Source of the DNA: a virus | Taxonomy: Duplodnaviria; Caudoviricetes | Virus record (IMG/VR): IMGVR_UViG_3300023092_000004 | Coordinates: 1 to 39,851 of that record | DNA length: 39,851 bases | Direction: 5' to 3' (one strand) | Shown: positions 25,242-34,369 of the stretch, one piece after another | How the letters are laid out: every line of letters begins with the position of its first letter | Numbering within the stretch: position 1 is the stretch's first letter | Notes under the pieces: model-generated | Told to the model about the DNA's origin: nothing | The model's input: only the letters and a program-made list of their open reading frames with translations | Database searches by the model: none | Made by a program: the position numbers and the translations under genes

Positions 25242-25654
25242 GGCTTCTCCTCTCGCAACCAGCGGCACTCGTCGCGCCGCAATTCGAAATGCACCAAGTC
25301 TTCGCCCTGGGCCCAACCGTCCAGCGTGCGGAACACCTCGCGGAAGCCTACCCGCTTCGTCGCCTCGAGGCTCGCGGCATTGTTCGCGCGCACCTCCGCA
25401 CGGGCGAGCACCCGACCCGTCTCCTGGAAGAGGTAGACGAAGGCGGCGCGCAGCAGCCCCCGGCAGGCACCGGGCGAGTCCACCGCCACGTGCATGCAGG
25501 CGCTCGCTGGCGTCCACCTGTCGAATCCGATGAAGCCGCGGATGCGGCTGTCCGCTCCGACGGCCACGAGGCCCCGGAAGCCCGGGGGCGGGTCATACCC
25601 CGTCCTGTCGACGAACCAGGGCAACTCCCAAAATGTAGAGGCGCGCACCTTCAC
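25238..25654 (-). CDS. GNAT-fold virion assembly protein
   Basis: NNAASLEATKRVGF; lies between the nozzle and the ejection genes. Confidence 0.8.
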   Translation of the reverse strand: MKVRASTFWELPWFVDRTGYDPPPGFRGLVAVGADSRIRGFIGFDRWTPASACMHVAVDSPGACRGLLRAAFVYLFQETGRVLARAEVRANNAASLEATKRVGFREVFRTLDGWAQGEDLVHFELRRDECRWLREEKP

Positions 25655-27243
25655 AGGTAACCACCGGCGGTGAAGCCGACGTCCACGCTCACAACGATGG
25701 TGCGGGCGAGGGACTTGCCGCGCATGGCCACCGCCACCGCGCTGCCCACTCCGAGGCCACCGCGCACCTGTGAAGAAGGGGGTGAGGCCCCGTTCCACTT
25801 GTCCACGTCCCATTTCGCCTCGTCCCATGCCGCTCCGGTGGCGGAGAGGACGAGTTCCACGGGGTCCGGCTGGTTGGTGTCGTAGTCGTAGCGGGCCTGC
25901 ACCGTGTACGAGGGCGCGCTCCCCTCGGAGAGAATGAGTGGGCGCATGAAGGACACCCGCTTCAGCCGTGGCACCCCGTAGTTGCTGAAGGCCCCGATGA
26001 AGCCCCAGTCGACGCTGTCGTAGGTCTGCGGCGTGGCGAGGCTCACGTTGTCCGAGTAGCCCGTGTGGATGCAGAGCCGCCCGTCCGGGGTGCCAAAGTA
26101 GAATTGGCCCTGCCACACGGCCCCCGACACCACCGGCAAGTCCCGGTACAAGAACCAGCCGCGCCCGGCGTTGGACTGGACAAGCTGGTTGAACTCAGTT
26201 CCGCCAGCGATGGGCACCACCACCATGAGGGCGTTGTCTTCGGGCTGGAGGTGAATGCCCCAGTAGGGGTCCGCACTCCGCTCGTTGAGGAGCCGGTTGA
26301 CGAGGTTGCTGATTTTCGCGGTGGCGTACTCGAGAGAGGAAACGCTGCCCACCACGAGCTGCGACATGGGGATGAGCCCACGGCGCGAGAGGAGCAGTAA
26401 GTCCCCGCCGTAGGTGCTGGCGATGCGCCTCCCCGCCGGGGGTTTGGCCATCTGCCACTGCCCTCGCTGCCCGAACGTGGCGGCGCTCGCGGGGTCCGAG
26501 CCCTGGTACACGGCCACGTCGCCGCCGCCGGAGACGAACACCAGCGAGTCATCCAGCCCGCTGCCGCCGTCATACGTCCAGTTCCACATGCCAACGAGGC
26601 TTCCGCCTTCGCGGAACACCTGTCCGAGGGGGAACTTCACCGCGGCGCCATACACCTGCCCGAGGGGCATGTGCCAGGCGTCCGTAGTGTCCCGGTCGAC
26701 GAACCAGAGTCGACTTTTGAAGACGGTGACGAAGGCAAAGCGCGTGGGGTCTCCCACGGCAATCTGCTGGGGTCCGGCGCCCTGCGTCACCTTCACCCAG
26801 CCCGTGCCACCTTCCTGATAGGTGTACGTCCCGTTCTGCTCGTCGCAGTAGACGAGGAAGTGGCCGCCCGCCGTGACGAAGTTGACGGAGGTGCCGTAGC
26901 CAGCCGAGCCGGAGTTGACTCCGAATGGCACGGCCAAAATGGGGGCCCCGAAGGTGCTGTCCCAAATACCTGAGTCCGTCACTGAGAAGATGCGGCTCTC
27001 TCCCGCGCTGCTGCCGGTGAAGGGGAGCACCGTCCGCACCCAGTCATTCTGCACCCCCGTCATGTCGACGGAGCGCTCCCGGTAGCCCAGTCGCACCCGC
27101 AGCCCATTCTCCGCGCCGATGAGGTTGTAGGCGGAGACGCACTCGGACAGTGGAACCTGGAGCCCGGGAGAGACGGTGTTGAGGCCACCCACCGGCGCAG
27201 GCACCGTCTGCACGGAGAGGGTGGACGGAATCCCACGCCGCAT
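25651..27243 (-). CDS. tail nozzle / DNA stabilisation protein (tail tubular B, P22 gp10-like)
   Basis: PAPVGGLN start, beta-propeller composition, FKSRLWF, GDVAVYQGSDP and WDEAKWD motifs. Confidence 0.85.
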   Translation of the reverse strand: MRRGIPSTLSVQTVPAPVGGLNTVSPGLQVPLSECVSAYNLIGAENGLRVRLGYRERSVDMTGVQNDWVRTVLPFTGSSAGESRIFSVTDSGIWDSTFGAPILAVPFGVNSGSAGYGTSVNFVTAGGHFLVYCDEQNGTYTYQEGGTGWVKVTQGAGPQQIAVGDPTRFAFVTVFKSRLWFVDRDTTDAWHMPLGQVYGAAVKFPLGQVFREGGSLVGMWNWTYDGGSGLDDSLVFVSGGGDVAVYQGSDPASAATFGQRGQWQMAKPPAGRRIASTYGGDLLLLSRRGLIPMSQLVVGSVSSLEYATAKISNLVNRLLNERSADPYWGIHLQPEDNALMVVVPIAGGTEFNQLVQSNAGRGWFLYRDLPVVSGAVWQGQFYFGTPDGRLCIHTGYSDNVSLATPQTYDSVDWGFIGAFSNYGVPRLKRVSFMRPLILSEGSAPSYTVQARYDYDTNQPDPVELVLSATGAAWDEAKWDVDKWNGASPPSSQVRGGLGVGSAVAVAMRGKSLARTIVVSVDVGFTAGGYL

Positions 27244-27246
27244 GGG

Positions 27247-27963
27247 CTAAGTTCCCCAGCCCGTCGGCGGCAGGTTGCGCAGCGTGGGCGGCAGCGCCCA
27301 GCGACTTCCGCCAATGCGCAGCGTGGGCGAGACGCCGTCCGCCCCCATGGCCCGCGCGGCTGCTCGCTCGTAGTCCAGCCGGGCCGCCGTGGAGTCGAAA
27401 CCCCGGCCCTCGAGGTAGCGCACCTTCACCGCCGTCACCATGAGGCGCCTGTCAAAGGACGTCTCCGGCGTGTCCGCGGTGAAGTACTCCGAGGACATGG
27501 CCTGGCCGCCGGGCGCCGCCCACCACGCGGACTGGTAGGCGAGCGTCAGGGGGCCTTGCGACGAAAAGCCCGCCATGAGCTCGAGGCTCTCGCCTTGAAT
27601 GCGGACGACGGCGCGCAGCGTCGTGGCGGGCTGCCACGCGCGGATGTCCTCCCACTGGGAGGGCGTCGGCCCGGCGTACGCCTTCGTCCACGTATTCTGT
27701 CCCCAAATCGTCTCGGGAATGGGGCGGAGGAAGTCGGAGGGCAGGGCATAGGAGGTGACGCCAGGTAGGATGGCTACCTCGAGTCGCTTCTGAAGTCCCG
27801 TCCAGTTGTACTCCCGCGCCAGGTCCTGCCCCGCCTCGTTGGAGAAGGTGAGTAACTGGAGGACGTTGGTGTCCTCCGAGTCATAGACGGACGAGGAGGC
27901 GTCCCAGGGCAGTCCGAGACTCACCGCCGCATCACGGAGGATGTTGCTGCCCTGGGTGCGCAT
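27247..27963 (-). CDS. head-tail adaptor (tail tubular A)
   Basis: LAREYNWTGL and YALPSDF motifs; synteny. Confidence 0.8.
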   Translation of the reverse strand: MRTQGSNILRDAAVSLGLPWDASSSVYDSEDTNVLQLLTFSNEAGQDLAREYNWTGLQKRLEVAILPGVTSYALPSDFLRPIPETIWGQNTWTKAYAGPTPSQWEDIRAWQPATTLRAVVRIQGESLELMAGFSSQGPLTLAYQSAWWAAPGGQAMSSEYFTADTPETSFDRRLMVTAVKVRYLEGRGFDSTAARLDYERAAARAMGADGVSPTLRIGGSRWALPPTLRNLPPTGWGT

Positions 27964-27966
27964 GGC

Positions 27967-28533
27967 CTACTTTCCCTTCTTGTTGGCGTGCTCCGCCTGG
28001 TTCTGCTCGAGCCGCGCGAGCCGGGCTTCAAGCTCGCGATTCTTCGCCTCCACGGCCTCCTTCTCGGCCACCAGTTTCGCCTCCTGGGCACCCGCGGCGG
28101 CCCGGTCCAGGTACTGCCGGGCCTTGTCGCGCAGCGGGAAGAGGGGGCCCATGGGGCCGCTGGCGGAGTCTGGCACCCGGGCGAGTTGCTCCACGGAGCG
28201 GATGCGGAAGTAGGCGAGCTCCTCCACCTGGCTCCGGGACACCTGGGGCCACTCCGATAGGGGCTGGCCCTCCACCTTCTCGGAAGCCCCCGCCTCGTAG
28301 CGCTTCCACTGCTCGGGGAACTCCTGCTTGTCCGACTCGCGCATGGGCCGGTCCACCACGTGGAGTCTGTCGCCGGGCATCTCCTTGCGCAGATACACCA
28401 CGGGCCTGTAGACGGGCCTGCCCGCCGCCTCGGACGCGGGCTGGTCCTGCACGGATTTCTCGTGGAAGCGCACGCTCACGCCGCCCGTCGTCCATGTGCC
28501 CTCGTTGATGTCGTAGAAGGGCTGCTCACGCAT
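27967..28533 (-). CDS. conserved head-region hypothetical protein
   Basis: PGD..VVDRP, FPEQW.RY, GQPLSEWP and IRSVEQLA segments. Confidence 0.8.
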   Translation of the reverse strand: MREQPFYDINEGTWTTGGVSVRFHEKSVQDQPASEAAGRPVYRPVVYLRKEMPGDRLHVVDRPMRESDKQEFPEQWKRYEAGASEKVEGQPLSEWPQVSRSQVEELAYFRIRSVEQLARVPDSASGPMGPLFPLRDKARQYLDRAAAGAQEAKLVAEKEAVEAKNRELEARLARLEQNQAEHANKKGK

Positions 28534-29023
28534 TGTCGGTGTCTCCGGCGTAGGGGTTGGCGAGGCTCATGCGCGCGAAGCCCGCCGTGGGCACGCCGTT
28601 GGCCGAGACGAAGGTGCCGTTGTAGATGAGGTCTCCGGCCACCACGGTGCTCGAGAGGGTGCCGGGCGTGGCGGTGAGGTAGGCGGACTGGCCGGCCGTC
28701 ACCGTGCCCGAGACGAGGACGCGGAAGACGCCGCCCACCACGGCCCAGCCCCACTGGCCCGCCGGGATGGCGGCCGTGAGGAAGCCCACGAGGCCACGGC
28801 TGCGGGCGGTGGCCAGCGCCGTGGCTCCGGTGAAGGTGTTGATGGTGACGGCCGAGCCGATGGCGCCGCCAGTCACGCCCTGCACGTACATGAGTTCGCA
28901 GGTGATGTTGCCGAAGTCGCCATCCTGCGCGCGGTGGCGAAAGGCGGGTGGGTGGAGCGGGGTGGCACTCGTCTCCGAGTAGGACTGCCCGCCCACGAAG
29001 GGATTGACGGGAAGAAGTGGCAT
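28526..29023 (-). CDS. capsid cement / decoration protein
   Basis: Small G/A/T-rich beta protein (GQWGW, YLTATPG) directly after the major capsid gene. Confidence 0.7.
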   Translation of the reverse strand: MPLLPVNPFVGGQSYSETSATPLHPPAFRHRAQDGDFGNITCELMYVQGVTGGAIGSAVTINTFTGATALATARSRGLVGFLTAAIPAGQWGWAVVGGVFRVLVSGTVTAGQSAYLTATPGTLSSTVVAGDLIYNGTFVSANGVPTAGFARMSLANPYAGDTDNA

Positions 29024-29036
29024 GGTGGTTGTCCTC

Positions 29037-30008
29037 TCAGGCGGAGATGAGGCGGCCCTGGAGCTGCTGATTGTTGCAGGTCATCGCCCCGGCCCAGCCG
29101 AATATGATGACGCTGGCGTCCTGGTTGATGGGGGCCCGCGTCTTGGGGGTGATGGGCACCATGTTGCGGTCCTTGTGCGGGCGCAGACGCAGGTACTTCG
29201 TGTTGAGGAAGTACATCGTCTTGTTGGTGGCAAAACCTCCAATGCCGCCGTCGGCCACCACCATGGCGTCCTTGTACTCGATGCCGCGGAAGCCGAGCTT
29301 GGCCTTGTCCGCGCTGGTGAAGCGCTGGTACTGCTGAAGGCTCGCCTCGAAGGCCGCGTACATGTAGTTGTCGCAGATGATGAGGTCGGGGAAGTCCGAG
29401 CCGCGCATGAGGTTCAGGTACATGGTGTTCATGTACCCGGCGATGTTGGCCGAGGTGATGACGACGCCGGGGGCCAGCACGTAGGGGCGCCAGAACGGGT
29501 TCTGCGCGCGGTCGATGCCGCCATAGGTGCCCGTCGTGGGGTCCACGGGGATGATGCCATCGAGGCCGATGATGGCCTTGCCGCCGAAGGCCGTGCCGTC
29601 GCCGTAGACGGCCTGAGACATCTGGTTGAGGACCGTCGTCTCCGCCGCGTCCGTCTTCTCGGTGAGCAGGTCCAGCACCTTCTCGCGGCCGGAGTTCTTC
29701 AACTCCTCCTCGCCGGAGATGACGACCTGGTCCGAGCAGAGCTTGAGGTTGAACTCCGCCGCCGTCACGGACTCGGACTGGGCCACCGGCAGCAAGTCAT
29801 AGCCGGAGTACCACGAGAAGTTGGGGTTGGCCCCGTAGCGCAGCGGCTCGAGGATGGTGGAGCCGCCGTCGATGGTCTTGATGTTCTTGCGCTCGGCGAG
29901 CCAGCCGTAGAGCGCGTTGTTCTTGGTGAGGTTGTCCGCGACAACCGGCGAGCGGTTGCGCAGGGTGGTGGTGACAATGTCACCGTACGAGATATTCGGA
30001 GGGGGCAT
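29037..30008 (-). CDS. major capsid protein
   Basis: 323 aa; TTTLRNRS..ADN..NNAL, YGDGT, YGGIDR and MYFLNTKYL motifs; follows the scaffold gene. Confidence 0.9.
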   Translation of the reverse strand: MPPPNISYGDIVTTTLRNRSPVVADNLTKNNALYGWLAERKNIKTIDGGSTILEPLRYGANPNFSWYSGYDLLPVAQSESVTAAEFNLKLCSDQVVISGEEELKNSGREKVLDLLTEKTDAAETTVLNQMSQAVYGDGTAFGGKAIIGLDGIIPVDPTTGTYGGIDRAQNPFWRPYVLAPGVVITSANIAGYMNTMYLNLMRGSDFPDLIICDNYMYAAFEASLQQYQRFTSADKAKLGFRGIEYKDAMVVADGGIGGFATNKTMYFLNTKYLRLRPHKDRNMVPITPKTRAPINQDASVIIFGWAGAMTCNNQQLQGRLISA

Positions 30009-30119
30009 GCGGACTGCCGTCGGTGCTACGGGTGGCGTGGGCCTACTTGCGCGTGGGCCGCTTATGCGGCTCGCTCACGCCCCGTCCACTTGGGGGCTAC
30101 GACGGCACTCCACCTGCGA

Positions 30120-31214
30120 CTACCGCGCGTTGTCGAGTTGGGCTCGAATCAGCGCCTCGATGCTGTTGTCCGTGGTGACTCGCCCCATGCCGGGGTCCGT
30201 CTTCACGGAGGACGCAGCGTGTTTCGCCCGCTGGATGGCCGCCTTGTCCGGCGCGGTTCCACCTGACGACTTCTGCCGCTCCCGCTCCAACAGCACCTCC
30301 CTGGTCTCGTCGAGAGACCAGACGACCTTATTGTAGGCTTTCTCATAGCTGAGTTCAACGCCTCGCTGCCCGGCCTGGAGCATCTCCTGGTACATGGCCT
30401 CCCGGACGCCGGGGGATTCGAGGAACTCCGCCTTCTCGGCGAAGGCCTTGTAGGTGGCGGCGGCGCTGGTGTTGTATTCGTGCTGCCGCAGGGCCTCCTC
30501 GCGGGCCAGGCGCTGCTCGAGGGCGTCCACCCGGGGGTCGCGGAACTGCTGGTCCTGGGCACGCTGCGCCGGGAGGCCCTCGAGCACTCCCGCCAGCGTC
30601 TCGATGTCGATGCCGTGCCCGGCAATCATCTGCGCGGCGAGTTGAGCCTTTTCCTGGGGCGAGCCCTTTTTGAGGACGGCGGCCGTCTGGAGGAGATTGC
30701 CCACCACCTGCATCGGCTCCCCGGTGAGCATGTCCCGGTAGGGCTCGAGCGTCTTCGAGAGCGCCTCGTGCGTGCGCCGGGCCTCGGCTGTTTGCGACAT
30801 GAGCCGGGCGGCCTCGCCCTCGCGCTTGAGGATGTACTGCCGCGTGGACTCGGGAATCTTCTCCCAGTCCTCCCGCACCGCGGGCGGCAGCGGCGCATTC
30901 TTCGGCGGCCCGGCCTTGGGTTGCTCCGTGGGCTTGGGCTCGGCTCCGGCCGTGGACGTGGCCTCCTTCTGCTCCGGCTTCTTCTCCTCCGGTACCGCCT
31001 CGGGCTTGGAGTCCTTCGGCTTGGGGGCGAAGCGTCCGACCTCGTCGCGTTCGCGACTCGTGGCGGTGGGCTCTGTCGGCGTCTCGGCGGGCGTAGAGAC
31101 GGGTTCCGGCTCGATGGCGCTGGTGGGCCCAACGGAGTCACCGGCCTGCTCGTGGTGCTGGAAGGCGGCCTCCACGGCCGCGCGGGTGTCGTTCTGCTGT
31201 GTCGTCTCGGCCAT
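30120..31214 (-). CDS. capsid scaffolding protein
   Basis: Disordered acidic N-terminus with RDEVGRFA, then a helical body. Confidence 0.8.
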   Translation of the reverse strand: MAETTQQNDTRAAVEAAFQHHEQAGDSVGPTSAIEPEPVSTPAETPTEPTATSRERDEVGRFAPKPKDSKPEAVPEEKKPEQKEATSTAGAEPKPTEQPKAGPPKNAPLPPAVREDWEKIPESTRQYILKREGEAARLMSQTAEARRTHEALSKTLEPYRDMLTGEPMQVVGNLLQTAAVLKKGSPQEKAQLAAQMIAGHGIDIETLAGVLEGLPAQRAQDQQFRDPRVDALEQRLAREEALRQHEYNTSAAATYKAFAEKAEFLESPGVREAMYQEMLQAGQRGVELSYEKAYNKVVWSLDETREVLLERERQKSSGGTAPDKAAIQRAKHAASSVKTDPGMGRVTTDNSIEALIRAQLDNAR

Positions 31215-31218
31215 GGGG

Positions 31219-31542
31219 TCACGGCTTCCTGTGCTGGTAGTAGGCGCGGGCGATGGCCTCGCGCACCTGCTCGGGGCTGCCACGGCTGCGCTGCTCACGC
31301 TCGCGGGCGGCCTTCTGCCACATGCCTTCACAGTCCTGGGCCTCCACAAGGCCCCGGCTGTTCATGTACTCGCGGCGCTTGTTCCGGCTGCCGATGTCGA
31401 CGCCGTCCGCCGTGGTGTGGCCTTCCATGAAGCGGTCGGTGAAGAGGGGCGCGCGCTCTGGCGTGGCTTGGTAGTCGCTCGTCACCTCGAAGGATTCGAC
31501 TTCATCCATCGCGTTCAGTCGGTACACGTACCTACGACGCAT
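31219..31542 (-). CDS. hypothetical protein between portal and scaffold
   Basis: DGVDIGSRNKRREYM; GGAGG SD. Confidence 0.75.
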   Translation of the reverse strand: MRRRYVYRLNAMDEVESFEVTSDYQATPERAPLFTDRFMEGHTTADGVDIGSRNKRREYMNSRGLVEAQDCEGMWQKAAREREQRSRGSPEQVREAIARAYYQHRKP

Positions 31543-31759
31543 TGTCGGGCCTCCATTCGTCGCGCGGCGCGTTGGCGGGACATCGGCACTTCCCGAGGCG
31601 GGCGCAGCCACGGAAGTGGCCGTCGGCCTCCTGGGTCGGGACTCCGCCGGACGCGAGGATTTGCATCGCCGCAACCCTGGACCCACACGAGCACTCATAT
31701 CCGTCCCATGTCCTCGCATGCTCCATCTTCTGGCCGCACTTGCAGGCTACGTCCATCAC
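31532..31759 (-). CDS. zinc-ribbon protein
   Basis: CKCG...ECSCG; GGAGG SD. Confidence 0.6.
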   Translation of the reverse strand: MMDVACKCGQKMEHARTWDGYECSCGSRVAAMQILASGGVPTQEADGHFRGCARLGKCRCPANAPRDEWRPDNAS

Positions 31760-33711
31760 GACACACCTCCTGGGCGCCCCGGATCCATCGGCCGCGCGGC
31801 CCGCTGAATCTCCGCCTTCTGGAGTGCCTCCTTGACGTTCTCCTGCGTCTGGTGGCTCTCCTGCTGCATCTTCGCTTGGGACTCAGCCGCCGTGCGCACG
31901 AGGTCCGCCTGGAGCTCGTCCTGCACCTTGGTGCGCTCCGTCTGCGCCCGCTGCTGCTCCACCAGCAACTTCGGGTCCGGCGCCTGTTGCTGGGGGTTGG
32001 CGGCCGCCTGGGCTTGAGTGACCTCAAAGGCTTTGATGGCCTCGTCGATGACGCCCTCCACCTCGGCTCCGCCCTTGATTTTGGACATGCCCCACTGAAA
32101 CACGCGGAGCATGTAGGGCATGGAGCCGGGCACCGCCTGGGCCAGCGGGGTGAGCGCCTGAATGAAGGCGGCAATCCCCTGGAGTACTTCCATGCTCTCC
32201 TGGCGCAGGGAGGCGAAGTCCGCCATGGAGAGACTCTCGGCCTTCACCTCCACACGGTACTCGTGAAAGCGGGACTTGAGCAGCGCGACGGCGGCATCCA
32301 GTGCGCCCGGGCGTTTCGCATCCTCCATGTGCTCGGCGTTGGCGAGCTTGAGGATGGTGGCCGCATCGAAGAAGCGGCAGATAATTTCCGCCTTGAGGCC
32401 CAGCAGCGTGGTGGCGAACTCGGCGAATCCCTGCTGGAGGCGCTGCACCCGGACGGAGGCGAAGCGGGACTTGATGGCCTGCTCCGTGGCCGTGGCTCCT
32501 GCCTGGGCGGCCTGGCCGCGTAGCAAGTCGGACATCCCCGTCACCTCGTAGAGTTCGGCCTTGGCGGCCTCCTTCTCAAGGCGCAGTGTCTGAATGGCGG
32601 AGACGATGGCGTCCAGCGGCATCAACTCGAAGGCGCCACGCAGGCCGCCCTTTTCGCTGAAGGCCGCCCAGTTCTCCACTGGGTACATCTCGTTGCCGTC
32701 GCTGCCGTTGAGGAGATTCTTGAGGGCGCTGTTGGTCTGGTCGTAGGCGCCCGCGGCGCGGACGGCCTTCACCAGAAGGGCGATGCGCGTCGTCAACTCG
32801 TTGATGTCACGGTACTGGTCCTCGGAGAGCACGAAGTCGGGCCGTGGCACCACCTGTCCCGTGGTGGGGTTGGCAAAGAGGGGCATACCGCACGGGAAAA
32901 AGCGCTTCAGCTTGTACGGGTCCGCCTTCTGTTCCAGCGTCTTGTCGTAGCCCGGCACCCACCAGAAGACGAGCTTGCGGGTGGAGTCCCAAATCTCCCA
33001 CACCTCGGCACGTTGCCATGGGTTGGGGGCATTCTCCTCCTTCTCCTTGGACTTGCCCACGCCGTAGGGAATGGCGTCGGCCACTTCCTCGTCCCAGCGC
33101 GCCGTCACCTGCTCGGCCGTCATCTCGTTGCGGAAGGCCACCCAGCGCACCTGGCTCCATACCCGCGCCGGGCTCCACAGGAAGTCCTTCCAGTAGACGT
33201 AGTCGGTGGGGACGCTCTCCGAGGCCTTGCGCTCTTCGGCGGGCTCTTCGTCCTCGGCCGTATCGGCGACAGGCTCGAATTCGACGTCATAGCGCACGCG
33301 CGCTTGCCCCATCCCGCCGATAAGCCTGTCCTGGAGCACGTGACCCAGGGCCTGGGCATAGGTGTCGCCGTCGGGGTCCAACTCCGCATTGAGGACGCGC
33401 TCGAGCAGCAGGCCCGCCAGCCGCGCATTGTCGTCGGCCGCATCGGAGAATCGCCGCTCGACGCTGGCGCGCGGCATTTGCCCGTAGAGCAGGGCCTCCT
33501 GCGTCTGGACGTTGGCGGTGAAGAGGTTGACGCGCTTCTCTCCCTCCGCCACGTCCTTGCGCTCATCCAGGTAGAAGGCGTGAATACGCTCGGCCTGCTC
33601 GTGCCACTCGCGCAGCACCTCGCGGGCGTTGCCGATTTCCATGGCCCACCGACGCGCCTCGTCCTGGGGCGTGGCCTCGAAGTCCTTGGCGCGCTTGGAG
33701 CCGGTGTCCAT
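31756..33711 (-). CDS. portal protein
   Basis: 651 aa; NLFTANVQT, VYWKDFLWSPAR.W.QVRWVAF, VWEIWD, FFPC and LYEVTGMSDLLRG motifs; Q-rich tail. Confidence 0.9.
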   Translation of the reverse strand: MDTGSKRAKDFEATPQDEARRWAMEIGNAREVLREWHEQAERIHAFYLDERKDVAEGEKRVNLFTANVQTQEALLYGQMPRASVERRFSDAADDNARLAGLLLERVLNAELDPDGDTYAQALGHVLQDRLIGGMGQARVRYDVEFEPVADTAEDEEPAEERKASESVPTDYVYWKDFLWSPARVWSQVRWVAFRNEMTAEQVTARWDEEVADAIPYGVGKSKEKEENAPNPWQRAEVWEIWDSTRKLVFWWVPGYDKTLEQKADPYKLKRFFPCGMPLFANPTTGQVVPRPDFVLSEDQYRDINELTTRIALLVKAVRAAGAYDQTNSALKNLLNGSDGNEMYPVENWAAFSEKGGLRGAFELMPLDAIVSAIQTLRLEKEAAKAELYEVTGMSDLLRGQAAQAGATATEQAIKSRFASVRVQRLQQGFAEFATTLLGLKAEIICRFFDAATILKLANAEHMEDAKRPGALDAAVALLKSRFHEYRVEVKAESLSMADFASLRQESMEVLQGIAAFIQALTPLAQAVPGSMPYMLRVFQWGMSKIKGGAEVEGVIDEAIKAFEVTQAQAAANPQQQAPDPKLLVEQQRAQTERTKVQDELQADLVRTAAESQAKMQQESHQTQENVKEALQKAEIQRAARPMDPGRPGGVS

Positions 33712-33923
33712 TAGGCGGGCTGCTCCTCGAGCGTGGGCACGTAGACGCTGCCGAGGACGGAGTGGCCCTGGGGCGCGTGCTCCGCCCACCACACGGTGCG
33801 GGGGATGCGGACCTCACAGGTGGAGCAGTCCACCACGTCTCCACCGGGCGGTCCGTTGTAGCTCCCCGTGCCGTACTTCGTGGGGTCCACCGGGTTAGGG
33901 GAAGGCTGGTTCTCGTCCGGCAT
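33711..33923 (-). CDS. small hypothetical protein (CxxC..H..H)
   Basis: Coupled on both sides. Confidence 0.65.
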   Translation of the reverse strand: MPDENQPSPNPVDPTKYGTGSYNGPPGGDVVDCSTCEVRIPRTVWWAEHAPQGHSVLGSVYVPTLEEQPA

Positions 33924-34369
33924 CACTTCACCCCCTGCGAGGCCGCGCGCGCGGCCAGTTCCACGTTCTTGGCGGCCTGGAGCGCGGCGTTGATGGCCGT
34001 CTGCATGGCCTGGAGCGCCGTCATGACGCCGGGGAGCGCGTCCTTCAGCACCTGCCCCGGTTCCGACAGCGTCATCATCACCTCGCGCTGCTGCGCCTCC
34101 AACTGCTGCTGCCACGTCTGCGAGCGTCCAGATACTTCCGTCAGGTAGTTCATCTCTTCTCCGGTTTGAAGCGTGCGCATCAGGTCGTGCATGGCATCGC
34201 GTGCGCTGCTCAAGGCGCCCTTCAGGCTGCGGGCCTTCGCGCCAATGCTGCCCGACATGTCGTCGGGGATCCCGTATCGACAGACCCACCGCCCCGTGTA
34301 GAACTGCATCTCGTCGAGGACGTGGCGGAGGATGTCGCGGTCGACTTCTTCGCGCTCTTGGTCCGTCAT
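33923..34369 (-). CDS. hypothetical helical protein
   Basis: GGAGG SD; ATGA overlap with terL. Confidence 0.75.
   Translation of the reverse strand: MTDQEREEVDRDILRHVLDEMQFYTGRWVCRYGIPDDMSGSIGAKARSLKGALSSARDAMHDLMRTLQTGEEMNYLTEVSGRSQTWQQQLEAQQREVMMTLSEPGQVLKDALPGVMTALQAMQTAINAALQAAKNVELAARAASQGVK

Noticed and set aside
25238-25654. GNAT as a toxin or novel modifier
   Set aside because: A GNAT-fold gene at this position is a common feature of podovirus tail modules.
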